NCBI GenBank assembly: GCA_013239625.1
Contig: MU054391.1
Span: forward strand, 3,067,130 to 3,131,129
Length of the DNA stretch: 64,000 bases
Reading direction: 5' to 3'
Origin: Lama guanicoe
Taxonomy: Eukaryota
Below the pieces are notes generated by a model. That model was not told the origin of the DNA. It searched no databases and saw nothing but the letters and a program-made list of their open reading frames with translations. A program made the translations under genes and the position numbers. Each line of letters starts with the position of its first letter. The first letter of the stretch is position 1. Shown here piece by piece: positions 1 through 11,700 of this stretch.

Positions 1-270
1 GGGACCCAGGGCTAATAAGCTCACCAGCCTCCCCCGAGCACAGTGGCCATGCAATTTAAGCACAGACAGGCCTCATACAGAATAAACGCAGGGCAGCTCT
101 TGACGGGCTGAAGGAAGTCTTGAATGAATGGGAGTTTTCAGAAAGAAGAGTGAAGCCATCATTCCACAAGGCAGCAGCCAAACATCTCGCTCTGGTCGGG
201 ATTCACCCACCGGTCAGGAGGCGCTTTGTGACCGCCGTGGGCTCCTCATTCTGCAGGGAGCGCCGCTCAC

Positions 271-344
271 CGCGGGAGCGGACAGGTGCGCTTTCTTCCT
301 GGGTGGAATTCACATCCTTGTCGCCACATGAAAGATCCTTAAGC
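271..344 (-). other. Candidate 74-nt exon of a minus-strand transcript running off the left edge; coding status unknown
   Basis: Minus-strand acceptor ctttgaatctccttAG (AG at 346-345) and strong donor GCG|gtgagc (270-265). One frame is open end to end (LKDLSCGDKDVNSTQEESAPVRSR); no protein recognised. Confidence 0.3.
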
Positions 345-739
345 CTAAGGAGATTCAAAGTAACGTCTTCACAGTTACAAGGAAGCAGCCCCACTTTGAG
401 AGCCCGTCTCTAAAACGGCGAAGGATGGTAGCAATTTTACAACACGTGGCACAAGACATGTGTACCCATAACCCCGTTCCTTTTGACACTGGCTTGTGCA
501 GTTAAAGGAATGAATTGATTTGGGTACTTGAAAATTTGCAAGGACCACGATAGACTAGTAAAAATGAGGAATAACTGGTTGCTGCAATGTCTGCTCATTT
601 CTAACTCAGAGCAGGAAGTGAACCAGCACATGAGGTCAGCGGTTATGAACTAACGGGCAAACTGAGAGCAATTTCGTTTGTAAACAGGCCACGTGCAGAA
701 CGTGCAACACCTTCCGTGACTGCAAGCGCCCGGGCTCAG

Positions 740-845
740 GGCTCGGTTTCCAGGGCAGATAACCCGGGTTTCAGTCCTTGCCCTTTCACTTAATAGCTGT
801 GTGCCATCGGGCAGTTTATTCCTGCTTTTCGGGTCTTGGTTTACT
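740..845 (+). mobile_element. MIR SINE fragment
   Basis: Degenerate MIR core (cagataacccgggtttcagtccttgccctttcacttaatagctgtgtgccatcgggcagttta); boundaries approximate. Confidence 0.5.
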
Positions 846-1989
846 CCTCTGCGATACACACACCTCACAGGCTGCTGCTAAGGTGTCACGGTGCAGCCGA
901 CGCCAGCATCCTCTGTGCCATGCGGGCCGGGTGATCTGTGCTCGGTGCTTTTCATCGGCGTCTGACTTCAGGTGGGGGGCATCTGGGAAGAAAAGCATCT
1001 CACTGAAGATGCAAATCAGCTGTTTGGGACTCCCCCCACCTGCTCGCCTTCCTTGCTGTGCCACGTGGTGAATTTCCGCATTAAACATTCGCGGGCCTCC
1101 TTCATCTTCCCAAATCTGCTGGGGAACCCTGGAGGTAGAAGCACAGCCTGTGTCCTCTGAAAGGCCACCCCGAGCTAAGGGACATGCTTGGATGCTGGTG
1201 GCGGGCGATCGAAGGGCGGGCAGTGACAGGATGAGGAATGAGGGGGGCTGGAGAAAAGGCAGGTCAGTTCAAGGGCAGAGCTCGGCTTCCGAGCCCACCC
1301 GCCAGCTGGCGAGCTGCCCGCCTTGGGCTGCCAGACCCCGAATCTGCCTGGCCCTCTCTCGTGCGGGCAGAAGGTGCCTCCCACCGCAGGAGTCTCTGCC
1401 TCTGAGATCACGGCAGGGGAAGCCTAGAGAGCACTCAGGACTCTTTCTGCAGCCCACTCGCCATCTCCACGGTTTCCCCGAAGTGCCAGGTCAGCTGGTC
1501 GTGTCTTCCCAGTGATGACCTCAGCCCCGCAGAAGCCATCAGTCTCTGTCAGAGGGAGAGTTACCCGAATGACACACTGTTGCTGCCTGTTTGAGTTTCC
1601 TTATGCCTTGTCCTAATGGATTCCAGTAGGAAGTGATGGCGGAGGGAAAACGGGGTCCAGGGCCCCGGGGTGGCGGCATGCCCTGTGCTCCCATCCCCCA
1701 AGGAAAGCTCTTGGCAAAGACCGCGCTGAGCCCTGAGTCACACCTGGCGAAGCTCACGGGCAGGGCCGTTGAGTTCCTCAAGGCAGGGAACCATTCGGCC
1801 GCCTTGAGAGGGATGCGTGGGTGAGCTGCGACAGCGTTCGCAAGATAGCGGGGCAGTTAATTTCTGTGTTTTCGGCAAGGAACCCGATTCAGATCAGGGA
1901 AAGGAGCGTGGGGCAGGGCGCCTGGTGTTTGCCCAGATCATCTGTTCTCTGCTGTCCCCTGGTCCGGAGGCTGGCATGTTGAGTCCTTA

Positions 1990-2115
1990 ACAGCCCTGTG
2001 TGGTGGGTGGTGTCATTTTTGTCTCATAGGTAAGGAAACCAGGGTCCAGACAGTTCAAGCAGCAAGTCAGAGGCCGCGTGACCAGTCTGCTGCACCGCTG
2101 GGGTTTCAAAGCCAC
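1990..2115 (-). mobile_element. MIR SINE fragment
   Basis: Resembles the reverse MIR core (cataggtaaggaaaccagggtccagacagttcaagc...ggggtttcaaagcc). Confidence 0.45.
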
Positions 2116-2165
2116 GTGGGTGGTTCTACTTAAACGGTACTGAGACACACATCAGTGTAGCTTAC

Positions 2166-2196
2166 TTATAAAACGGCTTCTCCCAGGACGTCTGAT
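2166..2196 (-). other. Candidate 31-nt exon (minus strand)
   Basis: Branch-like CTGAC (2220-2216), polypyrimidine acceptor ttattttctccttcAG (2198-2197) and donor TAA|gtaagc (2165-2160). Confidence 0.4.
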
Positions 2197-2525
2197 CTGA
2201 AGGAGAAAATAACTCGTCAGGCGGACTGAGGCTGACGACCGTCGTGCCCTCCTGCCCTCCAGACGACAGCAGCGCTGACTGCGGGGGCCCGGTGCTCCCC
2301 TGTCCCCAGTCTCGTCGCAGAGTCACGGGAGGAGGGAGGCCAGGGAGGCGTGGGCTAGGAGGTAGGGGGTGTGCGCGCTGCCCGCCTCCTGCGTGGCTCT
2401 GCGACTGTGACCTGGAGCTGGACAAGGAGCAAGGCCTGCAGGCCTGGCGCCATCAGCTGGTCCCCAAAGACGTTTCCGCGGCCCTGGACTCAGGGCAGTG
2501 TTGAGGGGGCAATGCACAGTCTTAC

Positions 2526-2662
2526 GGCCGTTCTCTGGTCGCCAGAGCTGGCCCACCGCGTCCGCCCAGAGGCTGGGGATGCACGTGGGCTCAGCGGGGT
2601 GGCTGTGTAGGAGCCAGTGGCCTCTGGGGACCTTACACCTTGTCACCTCTGCCTGCTTTATA
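2526..2662 (-). promoter_or_regulatory. Candidate TATA box plus short first exon (or an internal 47-nt exon, 2572-2526)
   Basis: TATAAAG on the minus strand at 2662-2656; donor GCC|gtaaga at 2525-2520; alternative acceptor catccccAG at 2574-2573. No ATG in the exon. Confidence 0.3.
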
Positions 2663-3232
2663 CAGAGGGGGTCTCTGCTTAGGTATCCTTTGAGGAAAGA
2701 TTTCTTGGCTAAATCAAGGCTGCACAATCACTTTGTGGGTCCCGTGTCCTCTAAGCTGACTGGGCGTTTGTAAAGAGACTCTAGGGAAAAGACCAAGCGA
2801 GGGTTACCCAGCGCCCTCCAGGGCTTTGATCACACAATCAGACACACTAGCGCATAAGAAAATACCCGCTTTTTCTTCCCTCTTCCTCCTTAAAGGCACT
2901 TTAAGCCTGCACTCCTCCTCCCTCTCCAGCCTAGTTAAATTCCCTAGGTGGTCACCAAGCCTGGGAGGACATAATCGTCCAGGGCTGTGCTTCTCTCCTA
3001 CAACTCAGTGAGCTTGATTCAGTGTCCATGCCTGCAACCGAAAGACAAGCCACGGAGGAATGAGGTCTTCCAGGAGCTTCATCTGTTTTTCTATTGACGA
3101 CGCTATATTTTTTAAGACACTGTCACTTTGTTTTGTTTACAAATATACTGAATATCCATCAAGGTTCCTGTTCCGTTATTGCCTTTTGTGAATTTCCTTC
3201 TCTATTTTGCCTGTCTTTTTGTTGCAGAAAAA

Positions 3233-3789
3233 TGTGTTACAGCTCAGTTATGATAGCAACCTGGATCCAGGCGAGAGACCAAGCAGCACTCAGAGAGTTG
3301 GAGAACTCAGATTCATTACGCCAGCGGACCCAGAGGAGTTAACACTCCAAGCTCTGGACCCTGTCTGTAGGTTTACACCGGCTTTTATAAGTTGCCAGTT
3401 TACACTTTGCAACATCATATGTAAATAAGGTATAAGGAAAGTAGACTAATTAAGAACAAGCTTTGTAGAAATGAACCAATGAGGAGGGAGAGAAATAACC
3501 AATCAAGAGTGAGGGAAGTGGACCAATCAGGAGTGAGCTCCATACAAATGAAGTACTACAAATGGACCAATCAGAAGTTAAGGAAATGAACCAATCAGGA
3601 GTGAAGGAAATAACCAATCAGGAGTGAGCTCAGGGAACCAATAGAATTTTAGATGTAAATAAGCTGTTTCAGAGGCAAAAAGTGAGACAGAGCCTCTGGG
3701 CTGGGGAACTGGTTGGTGCTGGCAGGAGAGCAGTGGCCCTGCTTGGAGGTCCTGCTGGTCTTTTTATGGGACTTCCCACCTCACTTTCA
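3233..3789 (-). mobile_element. Solo ERV LTR with a tandem CCAAT-box array in U3
   Basis: TG...CA termini (ends ambiguous: 3233/3235 and 3783/3789; possible TSD gaaaaa 3227-3232 / gataaa 3790-3795). Minus-strand TATAAAA at 3389-3383 and polyA-like AATGAA at 3317-3312. Seven CCAAT at 3476, 3499, 3523, 3567, 3591, 3614 and 3638. Confidence 0.75.
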
Positions 3790-4876
3790 GATAAAATTTA
3801 TGATTTTATTAATGTTGCCAAAGACTGTAAGCAAAATTAGCAATTGTAGAAATAAAATTGTTTTGAAAAAATGAAAATAGAAACAAGAAAATAAAGAGGG
3901 AGATGCAAAAGTCCCATAGGTTAATATCTACATCTCTGCATTTAAAAAAAATCTATACATTTCTATTTCTATGCATCTCTGGCTCTCCACTTATTTTGAA
4001 GCAAATACATGAGAATGTTAGCAGTGGCTCTCTCTCTGACTGGTAGGCGTTTTGATGATTTTAAGATTTACAAACTCCTCTATAAACATTTATTATTAAT
4101 AATTAGAATAAGTAAATCGTAGTATTTTGTAAAATGATGAACATAGAAATGATTGAAATTAGCATAGGAGTCTCAAAAAGTAGGATGCTTGAAAGAGTAA
4201 TATACAGGGAATGAGCTGTCACTTGTAACCTTCGTCCCGTGGTGAGGATAAAGTTCTGTTTTTCCTGGTTTATTTACGCAGAGTCAGCAATGAGTTGTGT
4301 AAACACGCAATGTGAGACGCCACCCCCGTCACTGGTGCCTAAAATTTGTGCAGAGAATTATTATGTTTCTGCAATTATATTATGTGACGTTTGATTTTAG
4401 CTGTGATATTTTTTATTCATTCTAAACCATGTAATTCACATATTATTTGACTGGAAACGTAAAAACTGAGGCTCAGCCCTGATTGTTTGCAGGTTGGAGC
4501 CTGGAAGGGGGGGTTCCCTTCTTGTTTAGACTCCCCACATCCCTCCCCATCATTTCCTGGAAACTACCCCATGGAATAAATCACCAACTTAGGAAATACT
4601 CGAACCAAGAAGAAACTAGGAATTACAATAACGCTGTAATTAACTTAACTACTTAGCTCCTTGCACCTTCTGGAATCTGCTTGGATTGTTGCAAATGGGC
4701 GTTCTGACTGGCCCCCCTGTTTTCCACTCTCACTCCCCACAAGTAGCCTTCCTTCTCAGAGTCACTTTGATTTCTCTGAAGTTTACATCTGACCGCCATG
4801 CTCCCATGGTGAACAGCTTCCCACTCTTTTTAGGATAAAGTCCTAACCACAGGGCATGACGCAGAAGGTTTTCCAT

Positions 4877-5026
4877 TAGATAGAAGTTTCTCCAAGGAAG
4901 ATATACGAATGGCCAGCGAGCAAGTCCCAAAATACTCAGCATCAGTCCTCAGTGGGGGAATGCATGTCAAAACCAGAATGGGGTACCACTTTACATCCCC
5001 TAGGATGGCTCTAATAATAATAATGA

Positions 5027-5071
<45 letters not shown>

Positions 5072-5734
5072 GGAAATAAGTGTTGATGAGGATGTAGAGA
5101 TAGTGGAACCCTCGTGCATTGTTGGTGGAAATGCAGACACGCCAGCTGTGGGAAAGAGCCCAGCATTTCTTCAATAAGTGAAACATCGAATTCATAGGAC
5201 CCAGCTATTCCACTCCTACGGATACACTCAAAAGAATTGAGAACAGCTGTTCAAACAGAGACTGTACCGGAATGCTCACAACAGCCAAAATGTGGTAACA
5301 ATACAAATGACCATCGATTGATAACTAGATAAAATGTGACAGAAACCTACAATGGAATACTATTCAGCCATAAAAACACACGAAGCGCTGACATGTGCTG
5401 CCATGGAAAAGAACCAAGGGGAAGAAGCCAGACTTAAAAGGCCACGTGTTCTGTGATTCCATTTAAATGTAATGTTCAGAATAGAAGAAATTCATACAGA
5501 CAGAGAACAGATTCGCGGTTGCCAGGGACTATGAGCGGGGGGAGGAGAAGGGAATGGGGTGGCTGCTCACTGGTGTGCGGGCTTTGGGGTGGTAGAGATG
5601 TTCTGGAACTAGACAGTGGTGATGGTTACACAACATTGCCAATGTGTCCAGTGCCACTGAATCGGGCACTGTGAAATTGTTAAAATGGTGACTTTTAAGT
5701 GATGTGCATTCTTTTCTGTAATAATGATGTTTTA
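4877..5734 (+). mobile_element. 5'-truncated L1 (L1MB-like): ORF2 C-terminus plus 3' UTR
   Basis: ttctccaaggaagatatacgaatggcc encodes FSKEDIRMA, matching the L1 ORF2 end; L1MB-type 3' UTR (gttctggaactagacagtggtgatggttacacaaca). TSD aaggttttccat (4865-4876) / aaggctttccat (5735-5746). Confidence 0.9.
5012..5071. repeat. (AAT)n microsatellite inside the L1
   Basis: (TAA)4, a short gag interruption, then (AAT)14 at 5028-5069. Confidence 0.97.
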
Positions 5735-6029
5735 AAGGCTTTCCATATCCACATCTAGTTTTCTTCTCGTTCTTCCATTCCAGGCCTGCCCTCAGTGGTC
5801 AGCCGGGCCCCGCACACGGAGTGTACAGGCCAGTTTGCCTCTTCCTTCCGCTGCTCACACTGCTCTCTGTGCATGAAATCCCTCTGCCTGGTGGACACTT
5901 ACTGGAACGTGTATTCGTCTTTTAGGGAAGAACTCATCTTACTGCTTCACGGAATCTTGCCTCTGCTCAAGGTAGACTGCACAACCACAATAAATGTGCA
6001 GATTTTTATCAAATCCACGTGACATTGCT

Positions 6030-6531
6030 AAGGGCACCCCGGCTGTGTAACAAACCACCCTGAAGCTAAGTGGCTTCAAACAATAATATTCATTTTACTC
6101 ACAAATCTGCAATTTGGACAGGACCTGGGGGTGAAGCTTCTTTGTTCCACTGGGCCTCAGACGGGGCACCCTGAGGGCTGGAGTCACTGAAAAGCTCACC
6201 CACTCATGGGTCAGGTGGCTAATGTGGTCACTGACCACAGTGCCAAGTGGGTCTTTCCATCTGGATCCCTGCACAATGCCTGGCCCTGTCACCTGAACTT
6301 CCTTACAGCATGGTGACTGGGCTCCCAGGCAGGGTCCCCAGGTAGAGAGGGACAAGCAGACTGTCCTGCATTGGATGGCCTAGTCTCACAAGTCACATGG
6401 TGTCCCTCCTGTCACGTTCTATTAGAGGTGAATCACTAATGGCTACCCATATTCGAGAGGGGGTGAATTAAGCTCCACGTTTTAGAAGTGGGGTGCCAAA
6501 CGATTTATGGGCGTCTTTTGAAATCATCACC
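6030..6531 (-). mobile_element. MLT1 (ERVL-MaLR) LTR
   Basis: gctgtgtaacaaaccaccctgaagctaagtggcttcaaacaa...ttttgaaatcatcac is the typical antisense MLT1 layout; subfamily not resolved. Confidence 0.8.
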
Positions 6532-7257
6532 CCCTACCCCAACCTAGGAAAGGAACACCCACCTCGGGTTCCCATGGTCTTCCTTACTGCCACTGTTAAT
6601 ATCCTTACTTACTTCTCATTTTGTGTCTCATCCTTTCTAGACGATTAGCTGCATGAGATGACATGGTTTTGCTCAATATCACGTTATCAGCATGTAGCAC
6701 TTGGCCTAGATATTTATTGCACAAATACATAGTATTTTATGGCATTTACCCGCTTGCTGTATTTTCTCATCCTACTGTGGCCTGAGGCAGGAGCTGGGTT
6801 TTATATTGCTTCATAATCCGTGCACGAGGCACGGCAGAGCAGCGGCGGCCGTTACCTGAGAAAGGAATTAATCAGGGCACGGAGTGATGGTTGTGTTTGG
6901 TACCTGGGCGTGTATGTCATATTTGTGTGTGTGTCGGGGGGGAGGTGTTTGAGAGACTTTTTGTCAGCTAGCCTCAGTGAGAACAGACCTTTTCCTTGCA
7001 ACTCCACACGCAAGGCTAGGAAATTATTCAACAGATAGTTAACATACAGTTTAACAGATTTCAGTGTATTGATTTGATTTACTACTTAAATGAATGATTG
7101 AATTTGAAGTGAGCACTTTCATAGGGAAATAAATTGGTAGCTATGAATTGTCAAATGGCTGCACCTTATGTTACATTTAATGGATTCTATTGTAATTTAA
7201 TATTTGTTCAACAACCACTTATTAAAATATTAGCTGTGACCCAGTAATCAGACTGGA

Positions 7258-7472
7258 GCCGTGTCTCCCTGGCGGGGTGGACTTCGCCCTGAGGCGCCGT
7301 CTTGCCGTGTCTGGAGACGTCTCCAGTGGCCTCAGCCGCTCAGTGCCGCAGCCACAGTGTGTTTGGGGCCAGGGCTGCTGCTGGACATCCTATGGGGCAC
7401 GGGATAACCCCCCTTCCACCAAAAAAAGAGATTTCAGTCACATATTTCAATATTGCAGAGTTTAGGAAACCT
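7258..7472 (+). mobile_element. MER20 hAT DNA transposon
   Basis: Matches recalled MER20 blocks: gtgtctggagac, ggccagggctgctgctggacatccta, caatattgcagagtttaggaaacctg. Confidence 0.75.
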
Positions 7473-8489
7473 GAAACTAGAATTCAGGGACCTACAGATG
7501 AAGAAGACAGCCTTTGTCCCTAAAGGCACCACGGAAAACTAGACGTGGAAATGAGTGCTAATCTCAGGGCGGCTTCCCCACAACAACGGAGCACGTGGGA
7601 TGGGGTGGGTGCTGTCAGCCGACCTGGACTCATCGAAACAGTTACACTGACAGCGGAACAGCTTGTGTAGAGTCACACGGAAGCACCGAGCCTGGATGCA
7701 CACACATCATAACACCCAGAACGAGTAGGAACTAACTGGAAGGAAGTTGAGGTCCCTTTAATTGGAAAATAAACACTCAAGTTGGCCATTAAGTCATCTT
7801 CCAGTATCTATAAGAGGTCTTCAGTGCTGTGACCGGCATAATGGACTTGATAGTGCAAAGTTTTGATTTAATGATCGACAAGATAGTGAAAGGACGGTGT
7901 CTTCTTCCTCCCTTCCTCCCTCCCTCCCTTCTTTCCTTTCTTTTTGCTAAAACACAGAGCTTCTGAGGTTGGCAGTCGGTCATGACTTCCTGTCTCTGCC
8001 TTTCTCCTCCCCTGACGTCTTCCTCCGGGTCACGTGCTGGTGATCACGGGGTTGCCTCTCCGCTCTAAATCCACCCTTCTTCGCCCTGCCCCATGCTCTG
8101 GCAGCTGGGCCCTGTTCACATTCCTCCTCTGCAGCTGGTGGAGTGTTGGCTTCACCAACAAAGGCCAAGGAAGTGCCCCCCAAAGGGCTGGAGGCTGAAG
8201 ACTGTCCTGCTGGATTCAGGGCCGTGGCTCTTGCTGCTCTGCTGTTACTAGGTACAGTGATTATTGTTCAGTGCGGTGTCTGCTTACACACGTGTATATG
8301 TGTGTAGTTTTCTATAAGGTCATGCAGCAGTAAAAAGTTAGGGCTCACTGTTATCCATGGAAAAAGAAAGACGGAAGAGAAGACGGCCAGTCTCTCCCTC
8401 CGCCCTGTGCACAGCCTCGTCTCCGTTCCTGCTTCCTGGCTGAGCTCCTCCTCCTCTGGTAACTCACGTGGTGAGTGAGTTTAGGGAGC

Positions 8490-8710
8490 ATCTGAGTCAG
8501 ACCTCCTGGGTTCCTATCCTGATTTAAAACTAATTAGATCTATCACTTTGGGCAGATTACATGATTTTTCTACGTCATGTATTATGATTGGGACTATTTT
8601 AAATGATTATTGAAAGGAAACAGTTTCCCTAGTGCCCTGAGACGCAGTGGATAACATAGAAAAGGAACCTTACAGAATCCTCAGCACATGGTAAATGCTC
8701 AAGGAGTTGT
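8490..8710 (+). mobile_element. MIR SINE
   Basis: gagtcagacctcctgggttcctatcctg...actttgggcagattac...cagcacatggtaaatgctcaa. Confidence 0.6.
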
Positions 8711-11700
8711 TTATTTGTTTGTTTGCCTGTTGTGCTAAAATAAGACCCTGCCCCCAAGCACAGGGAGGTGGCTTTACCTTGAAGCATCCGTGGGGTCTTG
8801 TCTCAACAAGACTGTGACTTCAAGTGTACACACCACAGCAAGAGGGAGGGTTCGTAAGACAGCCGTGGGCGAGCCGGGGCCGTAGACCAGAGTAACAAAG
8901 ACAGCTCACTGAGCGCCACCCCCAGACCCAGCACGGCGCTAGGCGGCTGTGACATCTCAGCTCCTTTGATCCCGGCGGCCACTGTGTCAGCCCAGGTGGC
9001 GGATGATGGCTTTTCCGTCTTGGAGATGAGGGTGCCAAGGCTTCCGTCTCCTCCAGGACCTGTTTGAGCTACAGAGCTCAGGAGGGGGCAAGGTGATGGG
9101 TGGAAACCTGAGTCTTCGGTGGTGCCAGTGCCTACCCAGCTGATGGCCACGCTGCCTCTGAAAGCTGTGAGGAGGTACCTTTTCTTTTTTTGGCTCAAGA
9201 AAAGAAAGCTATTAAAAGGGTGACCGTGAGGGTCCTTCTGTACCAACTAGCCTAAATTCTTGGAAGCCTGGGAGCAGAGTGGAACCTGAGGGCCAAGTCA
9301 CCTGCACAAATCTGCACAGTGGTCCCCATCCTATGCCTTCTTCTGTGTCTCCCACGTTCCGCCAACAACATAATCCCCATTCTAATGTGCATTATTAATT
9401 TCCCACCTGGTTACATTGTTAAAATATCCATGTCTTCCAGTCAACCTTATCCTTTCTGCATGGAGTTTAAATGTATATAAAGCGAATGCGAACAGGGCAT
9501 TTTACAGGAAGGAAGGAAGGAGTGGTTGCTGGATTTCTTTAAAGAATAAAATGGCTTCGACTGATAGGCATTCCCAGGAAAACACTTGCTTCTTTACCAG
9601 TATCTAAAGGCTGAACACATATTCTAATTGGCTTAACTCATAAAAGAGAAGGACTTTAACAGAAGCCTTGGGATTAATCATTTCTTTGCTGAAAATGAAG
9701 AATTTTTGGCTGGCATCTTTCTCAGGGGGTGGGTTGTGAACCCCTGAATGTCTGGAGCCCCAGCAGAGGGAAGCTCGGGGCGTCAGAACGGTGGTATCGC
9801 AGACGTGTGCATCCTTCAGAGACGTGAGGGCTGTGAGCTTGGGGACGAGACAGTTAATGCCTCCCTGCGCGAGCGAGTTATATCACACAGCGCCAGTGCC
9901 AGGTCAGCAGTCTGGCTGGAGCTCGGACGTGGCTGGTCGTGCCAGGCGGTGCCAGGCACCCCAGGCAGCCCTGGAGAGGGCTTCCAAATGCAGGTTTCGT
10001 TCTGCAGCCTGGAGGATGCTTTGACGACTGCCTTGCGAAAGGAGACTGGGAGCTGCGTTGGTGATTCCCAGACCAGCCACGATGGAACGTGGAACTCTCC
10101 CAGCCGGAAGCCCTGATGCTGCGACAAAGGGAGCCCGGGCTGCGCCCTGCTCAGGTGAGGCGAGGCTGCAGGATTAGCTGCTCTGCGTGGTCCTGCCTCC
10201 GCCGCGTAGGCGTGCGAGTCGGTCTGCTGGGACTAGACACTGCTATCAGGCAGATTGATTGCGAACGCCTTTCGCCTCTTCTCTAATTCCTTTTTAAAAA
10301 GGCTGAACTAGGCTGCTGGTGCGCTTGGGTCAGAAAGCCCCTCTAAAACCGGGGAGCCGGTTTCCTCTAGACTCTGGCTGTGGGGGAATTCCAGCTCAGG
10401 CTCCCAGATGTGCCAGCAGCAGACCAGAGCCAGATTAGCATGTCCCCAGAGGTGACTGCTCACACTGCCCCCCGACGAATACCGGGGTGGTGGCGACGGA
10501 ATATGCCAGGCGGTCTGGGGTGCTGAGTTCTAACCGGGAAGCTGTGAGGTCTTAGGAAAAAAAAATCGTAAAACCTCTTGGCATGTCAGTTCTTCATGGA
10601 AAAAGATGATTAAATATTTGCTGCGACAGGTTTGAGCTGGTTGGGTCAGAATCAAGTCCTGTTTACTGTCGTGCGCTGAGCCGCTGACACAGGATCTGGT
10701 GACCAGCACGCCTTGAAATTACCCATCCACTCGCAGTGAGCAGAGGACATAACACAGAATATGGGTGTAAACACGGAAAGGCCGTGGTCATCTCTCGGAC
10801 GTCGGTTAGCCTTTCGGGCATTTGCAAAGTGACAAGAGGACAATGGTGTGCTGTGATGAGTGCGTGAGCTGAGCTCTGAGCAGCCGTGAGGTTGATGCAG
10901 GCACGGAGTGGGTGCCGTGGCCCAGGTGGCCCGGGCGCTGGTGACGTGAGACCCCAGTGAGAGGTCGGAGGGATGGAGAGTAAATGGTGGGAAGCCTGGA
11001 GCTCTGGGATGAGGGCATTTGGGGAACTGTCTGGAGGAAACCCAGTCCCAGTGGCCCAGAGGTATGGTGACCTTGAGCCCGACCCACACTGGGGTCAGCC
11101 TCCAAGATGTCCGATCCCCTGGGTGGGGTCTTCCCTTAGGAAGCCCCGTGGCAAACAGGGCTCAGAACCCGGCAAATGTTCTGGTTTCAATCGCCAGCAA
11201 ATTCATCCAAATGGCGCCTCTAACTGAACTCTTGAAAAGGCACACAGGACGGCTGCTTTCCTGACTGAGTCACTGTGATGTCTCCTCGCTGCCTACGGAG
11301 CTGTGTTCGGGCTCCCTCCGACCACCCAGCAGGCTGGCCCCAGCCTCCGTCCTGTGCGCCCCTGCTCCCCTGTGCCTTCGGGTCTCGGCTCCAGACTCTG
11401 TTGTCCGCCTCCTGCAGCACCTGCTCAGTGCTCGTGCTTCCTGCTGGCTCTCTGGTGTTCTCATCAGGGCTGGACCCTCAGCCTAGAGCACCCCCTCTAG
11501 CTGCCTATATGCATTAAGACCGAGCTTAGCTGCAGTTTCCTGCAAAAAGCTTTCTGGGGCTGATCTTGGCAATTCCCTTCTTGCCCTGAAGTGCCCTGTC
11601 TTGTTTCTACTACAGAATTGCATGGTAATTACTTGCGTCCCCCACCCATCCATGCCCTGGAGACCAGGGGCTGTGGCCTCAGATCCCACCACACCCAGAG

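Larger units (their letters stand above)
4720..6725 (+). mobile_element. L2 LINE remnant split by nested L1 and MLT1 insertions
   Basis: L2-like segments at about 4720-4864, 5747-5970 and 6540-6725 (ending ...tagcacttggcctagatatttattgcacaaat), collinear around the two insertions. Confidence 0.45.

Noticed and set aside
2166..2572. WW-domain-like TSWEKP in the spliced peptide
   Set aside because: It lacks the central aromatic YY/YF block and proper W spacing; the upstream exon is open in all frames, so frame continuity is uninformative.
3476..3642. Regularly spaced repeats resembling a CRISPR array
   Set aside because: The units are tandem with no unique spacers, lie inside an LTR in mammalian DNA, and no cas genes are present.
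3200..3832. Possible + strand exon disrupted by the LTR (acceptor at 3226-3227, donor gtaagc near 3827)
   Set aside because: It depends on ambiguous LTR ends, the rejoined peptide (KCFQIKFYDFINVAKD) is unrecognised, and there are no partner exons.
4830..5195. ORF with a poly-isoleucine, membrane-like stretch
   Set aside because: It is the antisense translation of the (AAT)n microsatellite within an L1.
7523..7540. REST/RE1-like gcaccacgga
   Set aside because: Both the TCAG and GACAG flanks needed for a canonical RE1 are missing.
10289..10302. Perfect palindrome cctttttaaaaagg
   Set aside because: Low complexity; the 10-nt A/T core does not fit a CArG box.
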